Shown here: positions 1 to 9,381 of the stretch, piece by piece
How positions within the stretch are numbered: the stretch's first letter is position 1
Layout of the letters: each line of letters begins with the position of its first letter
Assembly (NCBI RefSeq): GCF_030373245.1
Contig: NZ_JAUCZF010000008.1
Coordinates: 49,865 to 113,864, forward strand
Length of the DNA: 64,000 bases
Direction of reading: 5' to 3'
DNA from: Hydrogenophaga sp.
GTDB lineage: Bacteria > Pseudomonadota > Gammaproteobacteria > Burkholderiales > Burkholderiaceae_C
Made by a program: the position numbers and the translations under genes
The notes under the pieces: generated by a model
What the model was told of the DNA's origin: nothing
Seen by the model: only the letters and a program-made list of their open reading frames with translations
Database searches by the model: none

Positions 1-582
1 GGCAGCCTGGACCTGGCGCTCATCAAGCGGCTCATGCCCTCGGTGATCGTGGGTGTGCTGGCCGGTTCGATCGCCAGTCGCTACCTCAGCGGTTCGGTGC
101 TCACCGCGGTGTTCGCCACGGTGGCGCTGGTGGTGGCGTTGAACATGGCATTCAAGCGCGAGGGCTTTGCACTTGCCGATGGCCTGCCGGGCCCGGTAGG
201 CACCTCGTTGCTGGGGGGTGGTATTGGTGGCATCTCGACGCTCATGGGCATCGGGGGCGGCACCCTGAGCGTGCCCATCCTCAACGCTTTGCGCGTGCCT
301 ATGCACACCGCTGTGGGAACGGGCGCCATGCTGGGCATGGTGATCAGCTTCCCTGGCGCGCTGGCGTTTTTGATCAACGGCCTGGGTGTGGCCAACCGAC
401 CGCCCGCGAGCCTGGGCTATGTGAACCTGCTGGGCATGGCCATGATCGTTCCCGCCACCATGGCCACCACCGGCTGGGGTGCGAAGCTCGCCCATGCCAT
501 CGACGCGCGCCGCCTGCGGCAGGTGTTCGCCGCCTTTCTCGCGCTCACCTCGCTGCGCATGTTTTACGGCCTGCTGCACTGA
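1..582 (+). CDS. Sulfite exporter TauE/SafE family membrane protein (5'-truncated by window)
   Basis: Frame is open from base 1. Hydrophobic helices with the TauE-type motifs GGISTLMGIGGGTLSVP and MHTAVGT. Confidence 0.8.
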   Translation, partial: GSLDLALIKRLMPSVIVGVLAGSIASRYLSGSVLTAVFATVALVVALNMAFKREGFALADGLPGPVGTSLLGGGIGGISTLMGIGGGTLSVPILNALRVPMHTAVGTGAMLGMVISFPGALAFLINGLGVANRPPASLGYVNLLGMAMIVPATMATTGWGAKLAHAIDARRLRQVFAAFLALTSLRMFYGLLH

Positions 583-698
583 GGGAGCCCTGCCAACTTC
601 ACAGCGAAAAGCGGAGTCCCGCCGCGGCCCGTAGCGCGGCACAAACACACGACAATCTGTGATTTGAATACCGACAACACCCCAAGGAGACTTTCCCT

Positions 699-2285
699 GT
701 GATTCAAACCCTCAAGGCCCTGGGCGGCATGCACGTGGCGCCCCACCACCTGGCTGCGCAAGCCGGGCGCGACGTGTTGCGCGACGGCGGCAATGCGGTG
801 GAGGCCATGGTGGCCGCTGCCGCCGCCATTGCCGTGGTCTACCCGCACATGAACGCCATCGGTGGCGACGGTTTCTGGCTGATCCATGAGCCAGGCAAGG
901 CGCCGGTGGCGATCGACGCCTGTGGTCCCTCGGCCGCGCTCGCCACGCGCGAGTTCTACGCCGGTCTGGATTCGATTCCCTCACGTGGCCCCACCGCCGC
1001 GCTCACCGTGGCCGGCACCATCGGCGGCTGGGCCAAGGCGCTGGAGGTGGCCGCTCCGTGGGGTGCAGCGCTGCCGCTTTCGCGCCTGCTGGGCGATGCC
1101 ATCCGCCATGCGCGCCAGGGCGTGGCGGTGACGACCAGCCAGTCGGCCCTGACGCGCGAGAAGTTTGACGGCCTGAAGGACGCGCCAGGATTTGCCGAGA
1201 CCTACCTGGTCAACGGCCAGCCGCCTGAACCCGGCCACATCCTGCGCCAGCCCGATCTGGCCAACACGCTGGCGCAACTGGCCGAACGCGGCCTGGACGA
1301 CTTCTACCGCGGCGAGCTGGCCGCGCGCCTGGGTGCCGAGCTGGAGCGCGTGGGCAGCCCCGTGCGTGCCAGCGACCTCGCGGCCTACCGCGCCCAGATC
1401 GTCGAGCCGCTGGCGGTTCGGCTGAACGACAGCACGGTCTACAACCTGCCGCCGCCCACGCAAGGCCTCTCGGCCCTCATGATCCTGGGCCTGTTCGAGC
1501 GCCTGGGCGTCACCGAGGGTGAAGGCTTTGCCCACCTGCACGGCCTGGTGGAAGCCACCAAGCGCGCGTTTCGCGTGCGCGAGCGCGTGGTGACCGACCC
1601 GCAACGCGCCCCGGCCGACCCACGCACTTTTCTCACCCCCGAAGCGCTGGACGAACTCGCAGCGCAAATTCACCCGCAGCGCGCCCTGCCCTGGCCCGAC
1701 ACCGCCGCGCCGGGCGACACGATCTGGATGGGCTGCGTCGACGCTCAGGGCCGCGCGGTCAGCTTCATCCAGAGCGTGTACTGGGAGTTCGGCTCGGGCA
1801 CCGTGCTGCGCGGTACCGGCGTGTGCTGGCAGAACCGAGGCACCAGCTTTTCGCTGAATCCGAAGGCACTCAACGCACTCAAGCCGGGGCACAAGCCTTT
1901 CCACACGCTGAACCCGTCGCTGGCGCTGTTTGATGACGGCCGCGTCATGCCCTTCGGCACCATGGGCGGCGAAGGCCAGCCTCAGACCCAGGCCGCCGTC
2001 TTCACCCGCTATGCGCGCTTCGGCCAGACGCTGCAGCAGGCGGTCACCGCGCCGCGCTGGCTGCTCGGCCGAACCTGGGGTGACGTGAGCACCACGCTCA
2101 AGCTGGAGAGCCGCTTCGAGCCGGCACTGGTGCAACAACTGCGCGGTGCCGGCCATGTGGTGGAAGAACTGCCCGAAGCCTTCAGCGACACCATGGGCCA
2201 TGCCGGCGCGCTGGTTCGCCACCCGAACGGCGTGATTGAAGGCGCGGCCGACCCGCGCAGCGACGGCCTCGTGGCCGCGCTGTGA
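699..2285 (+). CDS. Gamma-glutamyltransferase-family Ntn hydrolase, cytoplasmic, HpxW/YwrD-like
   Basis: GTG start after AAGGAGA. Motifs GGNAVEA..VVYPHMNAIGGDGF, autocleavage GD|TIWMG..SFIQS, FGTMGGEGQPQ and GAADPRSDG. No signal peptide. Confidence 0.88.
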   Translation: MIQTLKALGGMHVAPHHLAAQAGRDVLRDGGNAVEAMVAAAAAIAVVYPHMNAIGGDGFWLIHEPGKAPVAIDACGPSAALATREFYAGLDSIPSRGPTAALTVAGTIGGWAKALEVAAPWGAALPLSRLLGDAIRHARQGVAVTTSQSALTREKFDGLKDAPGFAETYLVNGQPPEPGHILRQPDLANTLAQLAERGLDDFYRGELAARLGAELERVGSPVRASDLAAYRAQIVEPLAVRLNDSTVYNLPPPTQGLSALMILGLFERLGVTEGEGFAHLHGLVEATKRAFRVRERVVTDPQRAPADPRTFLTPEALDELAAQIHPQRALPWPDTAAPGDTIWMGCVDAQGRAVSFIQSVYWEFGSGTVLRGTGVCWQNRGTSFSLNPKALNALKPGHKPFHTLNPSLALFDDGRVMPFGTMGGEGQPQTQAAVFTRYARFGQTLQQAVTAPRWLLGRTWGDVSTTLKLESRFEPALVQQLRGAGHVVEELPEAFSDTMGHAGALVRHPNGVIEGAADPRSDGLVAAL

Positions 2286-2307
2286 CCGTGCGCGCAGCCG
2301 CGGCACG

Positions 2308-2601
2308 ATGGCGCTGAGCTACCTCATCTTCGACGCCAGCGACGACGGCGAAGGCACGGGCAGCTGGGAGGCGATGGCCAGCGTGCGCGCCAGCGCACTG
2401 CCCGAGGTGATGGCCGAGGTGGCCTCGGTGATGTCCGCGGCGCAAACCGATGCCCCTGGACCACGCGGCGCGCTGGACGAAGGCGGCGCGTGGGACGCCG
2501 AGCATCAGGTGCAGGGCGACGGCGACTGGACCACCGTGACGCTGACGATCACCGGGCCTTGGGAGTGGGGCGAGGCGCTGGTGGAGCGCTTCGCCGACTG
2601 A
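2308..2601 (+). CDS. Small acidic hypothetical protein (97 aa)
   Basis: ATG 23 nt after the GGT stop, GC3-rich codons, sequence MALSYLIFDASDDGEGTGSWEAMASV. Confidence 0.7.
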   Translation: MALSYLIFDASDDGEGTGSWEAMASVRASALPEVMAEVASVMSAAQTDAPGPRGALDEGGAWDAEHQVQGDGDWTTVTLTITGPWEWGEALVERFAD

Positions 2602-2608
2602 CGCGCAG

Positions 2609-3436
2609 TCAGCAGCCCTTGAACACCGCCGCCCGCTTCTCGCGGAAGGAAGCCACGCCCTCTTTCGCATCGTCGCTCTGCGCCAGGCGTTGCTGCACCG
2701 CTTCAAACTCGCCCTGCGCCACGATGGGACCTTGTTCGACCGCGAGCACGGCGCTGCGCCGGGTTTCGATCACCGCGAGCGGCGCCTGCTCGGCAATGGT
2801 CTGTGCGATGCGAAGCGCTTCTTCCAGCTCGGTGCCGGCGGGCACGACACGCTGCACGAAGTTGAGCCTCATCGCCTCGGCGCTGCCGAACTCGTCGCCG
2901 GTGAGCAGGTGCAGCAAGGCGTTGCCCAGGCCCGCGCGCTCGGCCATGCGCAGCGTGGCGCCTCCGGTGGCCATGATGCCGCGCTTGACCTCGAGCTGGG
3001 AGAAGCGGCAGTCGTCCGCAGCCACCACGATATCGGCGGCGAGCATGAGCTCGATGCCCAGCGTGAAGGTGATGCCCTTGACCGCGACCACCAGGGGCTT
3101 GACGCGTCGGCGCCAGCGCGCGTCACCCAGGTCCACCGGGTCGACCCAGCCCTCGGGCACGGGCGATTCGCCGCGCTGCATCAGCGGCGCAAAACTGGGC
3201 AGGTCGAGCCCGGCGGTGAAGTGGTCTCCCTGGGCGTGCAGCAGGCCGACGCGCAGGCCTGGGTCGTCGTCCAGCCGGGTATACGCCTCGGCCAGGGCGC
3301 GCAGCATGGCGGGCGTGAATCCGTTGCGCTTGGAGGGCCGGTCGATACCGATCAGCAGCACACCGCCGCGTTGCTCGAAGGTGATGCGGCCCTCAGAGGG
3401 GTTGAGGTTGGCGCTGGGGTTCATGGCAGTCATCAT
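2609..3436 (-). CDS. Enoyl-CoA hydratase/isomerase (crotonase) family protein
   Basis: Motifs IDRPSKRNGF, HFTAGLDL, GIELMLAADIVVA and EVKRGIMATGG. Start uncertain (3448, 3436 or 3424). Confidence 0.9.
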   Translation of the reverse strand: MMTAMNPSANLNPSEGRITFEQRGGVLLIGIDRPSKRNGFTPAMLRALAEAYTRLDDDPGLRVGLLHAQGDHFTAGLDLPSFAPLMQRGESPVPEGWVDPVDLGDARWRRRVKPLVVAVKGITFTLGIELMLAADIVVAADDCRFSQLEVKRGIMATGGATLRMAERAGLGNALLHLLTGDEFGSAEAMRLNFVQRVVPAGTELEEALRIAQTIAEQAPLAVIETRRSAVLAVEQGPIVAQGEFEAVQQRLAQSDDAKEGVASFREKRAAVFKGC

Positions 3437-3483
3437 GACAAAGCCCACCGGTTCGCACCGGTCACGCAGGCGTCAAACACCGC

Positions 3484-4221
3484 TCACTCGACGCGCGCAG
3501 GAGCCAAGACCTCGGCAAGGTCGGCCTGGCGCAGCAACTCGTCAAACCAGAGGCGGTAGCCAGCGTCGCTGGGGTGCAGGCCGTCGCGCGCATGCAGGTT
3601 GGGGTCTTGCACGAAGGGATCGTCTTCGGGCGCCTGGAACAGGTTGATGTAGACCGCGCCATGGCGCTGGGCCGCAGCCTGGATGAAGCCGTGCAGGCGC
3701 TCTGCGCGCGTGGTCATGAGCGAGGACAGCGGCGGAAAAAAGAAAGGGGCATTGCCCACGTTGCCTGCCGGCATGAGCAGCACGCGATCGCTGCGCGCGG
3801 CAGCCAGTGCAGTGGCGCGATCGATGTCGGCGCGCACGGCATCGTCGCTGCGCAGGCGGATCACGTCGTTGCCACCGGCCTGGATCAGCACCACGTCGTA
3901 ACGTGCGCTGTCGACCTGCAGCTGCTGGACCACGCCCTCGAAGGTGGCGCCGTCGCGCGCCCGGTTGTCGATTCGCAGGCGGGGAAAAGCCTGGGCCAGC
4001 AGACCGGCCAGGCTGGTCTGGGGCGAGGTCGCGCCGGTGCCCACACCGGTGCTGTCGCCCACGATCAGCAGTCGCATGCTTGCATTGGCTGGCCTGTGCT
4101 GCAGGGGTTCGCTTTCGCGAGCGAGCTGGGCGGCCTGGCTGATGCGCGACGCGGCGCAGCCCCCCAGCCCCAGCACCGCGATGGCGGCCACCAGGCTCAT
4201 GAACAGCAGTGTGGTCTTCAT
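3484..4221 (-). CDS. SGNH/GDSL hydrolase family lipoprotein
   Basis: Block I GDST, block III GGND, block V DGLHPS. Lipobox-like LGGC. Confidence 0.88.
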   Translation of the reverse strand: MKTTLLFMSLVAAIAVLGLGGCAASRISQAAQLARESEPLQHRPANASMRLLIVGDSTGVGTGATSPQTSLAGLLAQAFPRLRIDNRARDGATFEGVVQQLQVDSARYDVVLIQAGGNDVIRLRSDDAVRADIDRATALAAARSDRVLLMPAGNVGNAPFFFPPLSSLMTTRAERLHGFIQAAAQRHGAVYINLFQAPEDDPFVQDPNLHARDGLHPSDAGYRLWFDELLRQADLAEVLAPARVE

Positions 4222-4284
4222 GCGGATCAGTCTAGGCCAGGCAGCGAGCTGGCCAGGACCAGGGGTCTTTCGCTTACCCTGCGC

Positions 4285-5091
4285 TCAGCTGGCTTCGGTC
4301 AGCGTGAGCAAGATGTCGGCGTACCAGGCGCAATTCAGGCCCAGCGATTCATCGAGCACCAGATCGCGGTTGCCCATGTCCATGCGCGAGGAGTGCACAC
4401 CCAGGAGGCGCCAGGGCAGCGCCTCGGTGGCGGGGCTGGTGGGCGCCGGGTCGCGCATGACCACGGCGGCGCCACTGATGCCACGGTGCGTGCGCGCGTC
4501 GGTCAGGAAATAGCCCTGCCCCTGGAAGCGGATGCCCAGCGGTGAGGCGATGGCCGCCAGCCGAACCACCGGCAGGTGGTGCACCACGTCGTGAAAACCG
4601 AGCGGAAAGCCGACCACCATGAGCGACGCATCGGCCGGCACCGCCGTGAACGCGGTCTGGATGTGGGCGGGGGTGAATGCGCGGTAGACGGCCGACGGCG
4701 GAAACGCCGCCCGCTCAAGCTCGATCACTGCCACATCGATCTCGCCCGCGCTGTCGCGGCCCTGGTGCCACAGCGCCTGGCCGTCGCGGTACAGCGGGAC
4801 CGAGAAGCCGGTCGACTTCGTGAGGTTGGTGGCATCCAGGTGCAGCTCGATCACCAGCCGGTCGGGTAGGTGCTCGCTGACCTCGTCGATCACCACATGG
4901 CGGCTGGTGACCAGGTAAAGCCGGTTCTCACGCTCAAAAAAGAAACCGCTGGCGTTGGTGAGCGCGAACTCGCCCAGGTAGGTCGAAACCTGAGGCGCGG
5001 CGAGAAACAGCGGATCGACAGGAACCGTGCGGTTCGCGGGACGCAGCGATTCGGGCTGGGCGATCGGGGTGGGCGAGATTTTGAGGGTCAC
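4285..5091 (-). CDS. Trypsin-like serine peptidase, no signal peptide
   Basis: Triad context VTSRH, DVAV and RGISG, plus ASGFFF and VGFPLG. Start uncertain; GTG at 5091 assumed. Confidence 0.8.
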   Translation of the reverse strand: MTLKISPTPIAQPESLRPANRTVPVDPLFLAAPQVSTYLGEFALTNASGFFFERENRLYLVTSRHVVIDEVSEHLPDRLVIELHLDATNLTKSTGFSVPLYRDGQALWHQGRDSAGEIDVAVIELERAAFPPSAVYRAFTPAHIQTAFTAVPADASLMVVGFPLGFHDVVHHLPVVRLAAIASPLGIRFQGQGYFLTDARTHRGISGAAVVMRDPAPTSPATEALPWRLLGVHSSRMDMGNRDLVLDESLGLNCAWYADILLTLTEAS

Positions 5092-5132
5092 CGCTGGAGT
5101 GTCGCACCAATGCCTGTGCAGAGGAAAAGCGC

Positions 5133-6428
5133 TCAACGCAGGCGCTGCACCGCCTGGGGTGGTACGGCCGAGGCCTGGTTGCCCCAGGACTGGCGCAGGT
5201 GGGTGACCACGGCGGCGATTTCGACGTCGGTCAGCAGGGTTCGGTAGGGTGGCATGCCGAAAGGCTTTGGATTGCCAGCGGTGGCAGGTGGAAAACCGCC
5301 GCCCAGCACCGCCAGCACCGGGTTCGCGGCAGACGCCTGGGTCACGGCTCGGTTGCCCGCCAGTGCCGGATAGATGCCTGCGGCGCCCTGGCCTTGTTCG
5401 CCGTGGCAATCTGCGCAGCGCTGCTCGTAGACCCGCGCACCCAGCTCGCGCTGTTCACTGCGCGCCGGCTCGAAGGCCACCGGCCTGACCGGCCGGGGAT
5501 CGAGGGCTTGCAGGTACGCGGCCATGGCGCGCAGGTCGGGCTCGGACAGGTGTTGCGTGCTGCCGTAGACCACTTCGGCCATCGGCCCGACGGCCGAGGC
5601 TTCGTGCGCGATGCCGTCGCGCAGCAGGTTCACGATGCGTTGCGTGTCCCATTGGGTCACGCCTCCTTCGGACGGTGCGTGCAGCGAGGGCGCATACCAG
5701 CCTGGCTCGGGCAGCGACCCACCCGTGAGCTCGCTGCCGGCGACCACGCCTCCCAGGGCGTTGCGCGTGGCGTGGCAGGCTGCGCAGTGGCCCAGCCCGG
5801 TGACTAGGTAGGCGCCGCGGTTCCACTCGGCGCTCTGATCGGTATCGGCCACAAACGACTGAGGTTCGAAGTACAGCGCGCGCCAGGCGGCCAGCGCGAA
5901 CTGGGTGCTGTAGGGCCAGCGCAGCGCGTGCGGCTGGGTGACCTGTTTCACCGCAGGCAGGCTCATCAGAAAAGCGAAGAGCGCGTCGCTGTCCTCGCGG
6001 GTGATGCGGGTGGTGCTGTCATAGGGAAAGGCGGGGACCAGCAGGCGGCCGTCTCGCGACTGGCCCCGGTGCATGGCGCGCCAGAAAGCGTCGGCACTCC
6101 AGCGCCCCAGCCCGGTGTCTTCGTCGGGCGTGAGGTTGCCGGCAAAGACGGTGCCAAAGGGCGTGACCAAGGGTCGCCCGCCCGCGTAGGGCATACCGCC
6201 GCGCGCCGTGTGGCAAGCCGCGCAGTTGCCTGTCCTGGCCAGGTAGGCACCGCGCTCTGCCAGCGCCGAGGTGGCGACCACACGGGTCGCTGGGTCCACT
6301 GGCGGCAAAGCGGGGGCGCCCAGGTCGCGTCCCAGCACCACCGCCACACCTGCCAGCAACACAGCGGCCGCCAAGGCCGCCAGCGCCAGCAGGCGCTTCA
6401 CCGTGAACAGGGAGGGTCGCCCAGGCAT
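5133..6428 (-). CDS. Triheme cytochrome c, membrane-bound dehydrogenase cytochrome-subunit type
   Basis: Heme motifs CAACH, CAACH and CADCH; N-terminal membrane anchor; NLTPDEDTGLGRWS. Start at 6428 or 6401. Confidence 0.88.
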   Translation of the reverse strand: MPGRPSLFTVKRLLALAALAAAVLLAGVAVVLGRDLGAPALPPVDPATRVVATSALAERGAYLARTGNCAACHTARGGMPYAGGRPLVTPFGTVFAGNLTPDEDTGLGRWSADAFWRAMHRGQSRDGRLLVPAFPYDSTTRITREDSDALFAFLMSLPAVKQVTQPHALRWPYSTQFALAAWRALYFEPQSFVADTDQSAEWNRGAYLVTGLGHCAACHATRNALGGVVAGSELTGGSLPEPGWYAPSLHAPSEGGVTQWDTQRIVNLLRDGIAHEASAVGPMAEVVYGSTQHLSEPDLRAMAAYLQALDPRPVRPVAFEPARSEQRELGARVYEQRCADCHGEQGQGAAGIYPALAGNRAVTQASAANPVLAVLGGGFPPATAGNPKPFGMPPYRTLLTDVEIAAVVTHLRQSWGNQASAVPPQAVQRLR

Positions 6429-6435
6429 CGAGCGC

Positions 6436-7161
6436 TCAGGGCACAGCACTGCCGCACCGCATGGGCATCGGCTTGTCGACCGGCGGCGCTGGCTTGCTGT
6501 TGGCGGGCACCGGGCGGGAAGATAGCCAGGCCGCCAGCGCGGCCACGTCCTCAGGCGGTAAGGCTTTGGCGATCTGCGCCATGCAGTCGGGCGCGTGGGC
6601 GTGGCGCAAGCCAGTCTGCCAGGCCCCCAGCTGACCGATCAGATAGTCGCGCGGCAGCCCCAGCAGGCCTGGCACAGCCGGGTTCACACCGGTGAGCGCC
6701 TGACCGTGGCAGGCCACGCAGGCCGGCAGTTGGCGCGCTGCGTCTCCATCGCGCACCAGGACTTCGGCGCGGTTCATCGCTGAGCCCGAAGCCTGCACCG
6801 GCTGTGGCGGCGGATAGGGCAGGTCAATGGCAGAGAAATGCGCAGCGATGTCGCGCAGGTAGGCGTCACTCAGGTGATCGAGCAGGTTGGCCATGCCCGG
6901 GTTCTGACGCCGGCCATCGCGGAAGTGGGTGAGCTGGTTGTACAGATAGCCGGCCGGCTTGCCAGCGATGCGCGGGAAGTAGCCGCTGCTGGTGGCGCGA
7001 CCCTGGTTGCCGTGGCAAAGGGTGCAGGCCATCATGCGCTGGTCCATGGTGTCCAGTACCGTGTGTTGGGGTGCTGCACTGGCCCACGCGGCCGGACCGG
7101 GGAGGCACAGCGCGAAGATGGCGGCGCCCACCCAACACAAGCGAAAACGGTTCAGGAACAT
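6436..7161 (-). CDS. Diheme cytochrome c4/c553
   Basis: CTLCH and CVACH, PRIAGKPAGYL..QL..F, signal peptide. Confidence 0.88.
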   Translation of the reverse strand: MFLNRFRLCWVGAAIFALCLPGPAAWASAAPQHTVLDTMDQRMMACTLCHGNQGRATSSGYFPRIAGKPAGYLYNQLTHFRDGRRQNPGMANLLDHLSDAYLRDIAAHFSAIDLPYPPPQPVQASGSAMNRAEVLVRDGDAARQLPACVACHGQALTGVNPAVPGLLGLPRDYLIGQLGAWQTGLRHAHAPDCMAQIAKALPPEDVAALAAWLSSRPVPANSKPAPPVDKPMPMRCGSAVP

Positions 7162-7223
7162 AAAGTGGGCGCAGCTCAGCATCAGGTCATTGAAAGTACC
7201 ACACCGATACACTGCCATCTGCC

Positions 7224-7457
7224 ATGTCCGACACACCCGCATCTCCATCCGATCCCAGCCGCTGTCCGCTCTGTGGTGGCGACAACCGCTGCGCGATGGA
7301 AATCGAGCGCGCCACCGGCCAGCCACAACCTGCGTGCTGGTGTATGTCACAGACCTTTCCACCTGCGTTGCTGGACCGCCTGCCGCCGCAAGCGCAGGGG
7401 CTGGCCTGCATTTGCGCCCGCTGCGTGGCCGTGGCTGTCGCTGGGGGCGGTGCCTGA
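7224..7457 (+). CDS. Cysteine-rich CWC family small protein
   Basis: Pattern CPLCGGDNRC..ACWC..CICARC. Confidence 0.82.
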   Translation: MSDTPASPSDPSRCPLCGGDNRCAMEIERATGQPQPACWCMSQTFPPALLDRLPPQAQGLACICARCVAVAVAGGGA

Positions 7458-7690
7458 TGCGCTGGCTCGACCGCATCCCATTGCTCTGGTTGTCGCTGAT
7501 CGCCGGCTGGTTGGCGGTGGCGCCAGTGGTTCCCGAGCCCCACCTGATTGAAAAGCTGCGCATGCTGACCCAGGGTCAGCTGACCCGGCCCATCGATATC
7601 TTTGACTTGTTGCTGCACAGCGTGCCGGCGCTGCTGCTGGCGCTGCGCCTTTGGCGCGACGCCAAGCGCCGCCAGTCGCGCAAGCCGTGA
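7457..7690 (+). CDS. Small two-TM membrane protein of unknown function (77 aa)
   Basis: ATG overlaps the CWC stop (TGATG). Sequence APVVPEPHLIEKLRML..IDIFDLLLH with hydrophobic segments. Confidence 0.75.
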   Translation: MRWLDRIPLLWLSLIAGWLAVAPVVPEPHLIEKLRMLTQGQLTRPIDIFDLLLHSVPALLLALRLWRDAKRRQSRKP

Positions 7691-9189
7691 ACACCTCGCC
7701 CGCGCGCGACGACTCGATCAGCGCCCTGCGCCAGCGCCACGGAGAGCGCTACCGCTGGCTGCTGCTGCTCTCGGTGATGGTGGGCACGATGGCGTCCATC
7801 ATGTCGGCGACCATCGTCAACGTGGCGATCCCCGACATGAGCCAGCACTTTGCGCTCGGCCAGGAGCGCGCGCAGTGGGTCAGCTCGGGCTTCATGGCGG
7901 CGATGACGGTCTCCATGCTCACCACCCCCTGGCTGCTCTCACGCTATGGCTACCGGCGCACCTACGAGGGTTGCATGTGGCTGCTGCTGGCCGGCGGCGT
8001 GGCCGGCGGGCTGGCGCAGCATTTCCCGCTGGTGCTGATCGCGCGCGTCGCCGAGGGTCTGGCCGCTGGTGTCGTGCAGCCGATCCCGGCCATCATCATC
8101 CTGCGCGCGTTCGAGCCGAGCGAGCAAGGTCGCGCCAGCGGCATTTTCGGCATGGGCGTGGTGCTTGCGCCTGCCATCGGCCCCAGCATCGGTGGCCTGC
8201 TGGTCGATGGCCTGGGCTGGCGCTCGATCTTCTACATGGTGGTGCCGTTCTGTCTGGTCTCGTTGTGGCTGGCGCGGCGCTATGTGCCCACCAACGCCCC
8301 AGGCGGTGCCGCGGCCGATCCGCGCGGTGCCACGCTGGACTGGCCCGGCCTGTTGCTGGCGACGGTGAGCACACTGTGCCTGCTCAACGGTCTGGTCGAA
8401 CTGCACGGCGGATCGGCAGGCCAGGCCACAGTGCTGCTGGGCAGTGCGGGGCTGGGATTGCTGGGTTTTGTGATGCTGCAGCGACGCATGTTGCGCTCAC
8501 ACCAGCGACAGGTCGACGGCGCGGTGGCACCGCTGATGAACCTCTCGCTGTTCGCCGACCGCCGGTTTGCCATGGGCAGCATCGTGGCCTTCATCTATGG
8601 GATTGCGCTGTTTGGCTCGACCTACCTGCTGCCGGTCTACATGCAGATGGGTCTGGGTCTGTCGGCGTCGTATGTGGGCGGCATCCTGCTGCCGGCTGGC
8701 CTGGTGCTGGCGGTCACGATCGCCATCGTCGGCCGCCTGACCGACCGGCAACCCACGCACCGGCTGGTGAGCATTGGCCTGGCGCTGCTGGCGGCCTCGT
8801 TTGCGCTCATGGTCACGATCGACCTCAACCGGCCCGGCGCCATCATTCCGCTGCTGGTGAGCTGGGCCATTCTCGGCCGCGTCGGCCTGGGCTTTATCCT
8901 GCCTTCGCTCAACATCGGCGCCATGCGGGGTCTGCAACACACGCACATCCCGCAAGGCTCCAGCGCCATCAATTTCCTGCGCATGTTGGGCGGCGCCGCC
9001 GGCGTGAGCCTGTGCGGCATCGTCCTCGAATGGCGCATCAGCGCCCACGGCTTCCGCCTCGACACCGCCAGCACCAACCCGGCCCGCCTGATCGCGTTCA
9101 ACGAAACCTTTCTGATGCTCGCCGCGGTGTGCGCGCTGGCGCTGGTGGCGGCTTGGCGGTTGCGCGAACAGAAGTCTGCAGCAAACTGA
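7687..9189 (+). CDS. DHA2 (EmrB/QacA) MFS efflux transporter
   Basis: GTGA overlap with the previous stop. About 14 TM helices; TIVNVAIPDM, ERGRASGIFG-type and APAIGPSIGG motifs. Confidence 0.88.
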   Translation: MNTSPARDDSISALRQRHGERYRWLLLLSVMVGTMASIMSATIVNVAIPDMSQHFALGQERAQWVSSGFMAAMTVSMLTTPWLLSRYGYRRTYEGCMWLLLAGGVAGGLAQHFPLVLIARVAEGLAAGVVQPIPAIIILRAFEPSEQGRASGIFGMGVVLAPAIGPSIGGLLVDGLGWRSIFYMVVPFCLVSLWLARRYVPTNAPGGAAADPRGATLDWPGLLLATVSTLCLLNGLVELHGGSAGQATVLLGSAGLGLLGFVMLQRRMLRSHQRQVDGAVAPLMNLSLFADRRFAMGSIVAFIYGIALFGSTYLLPVYMQMGLGLSASYVGGILLPAGLVLAVTIAIVGRLTDRQPTHRLVSIGLALLAASFALMVTIDLNRPGAIIPLLVSWAILGRVGLGFILPSLNIGAMRGLQHTHIPQGSSAINFLRMLGGAAGVSLCGIVLEWRISAHGFRLDTASTNPARLIAFNETFLMLAAVCALALVAAWRLREQKSAAN

Positions 9190-9294
9190 CAAAGACTTCT
9201 CTGCTCGGCCGACACACAATACGCAACACGACAACAACCAACCCCTTCCGCCGAAACGCAAAATCGCTGGAACGAGATGCCTCTTCCAGCACAC

Positions 9295-9372
9295 GCCGTG
9301 GAACCGGCTCAGCCGGGCCACAGGCGTGGTCCCCCCTTCCAAGGGGGGAAGCCGCAAAGCGGCGCAGGGGGG
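9295..9372 (+). repeat. REP-like element, family B, copy 1
   Basis: gaaccggctcagccgggccacagg-cccccc..gggggg-aagccgcaaagcggcgcagggggg. Aligns by eye with the five other copies. Confidence 0.75.
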
Positions 9373-9381
9373 ATTTCGAAA

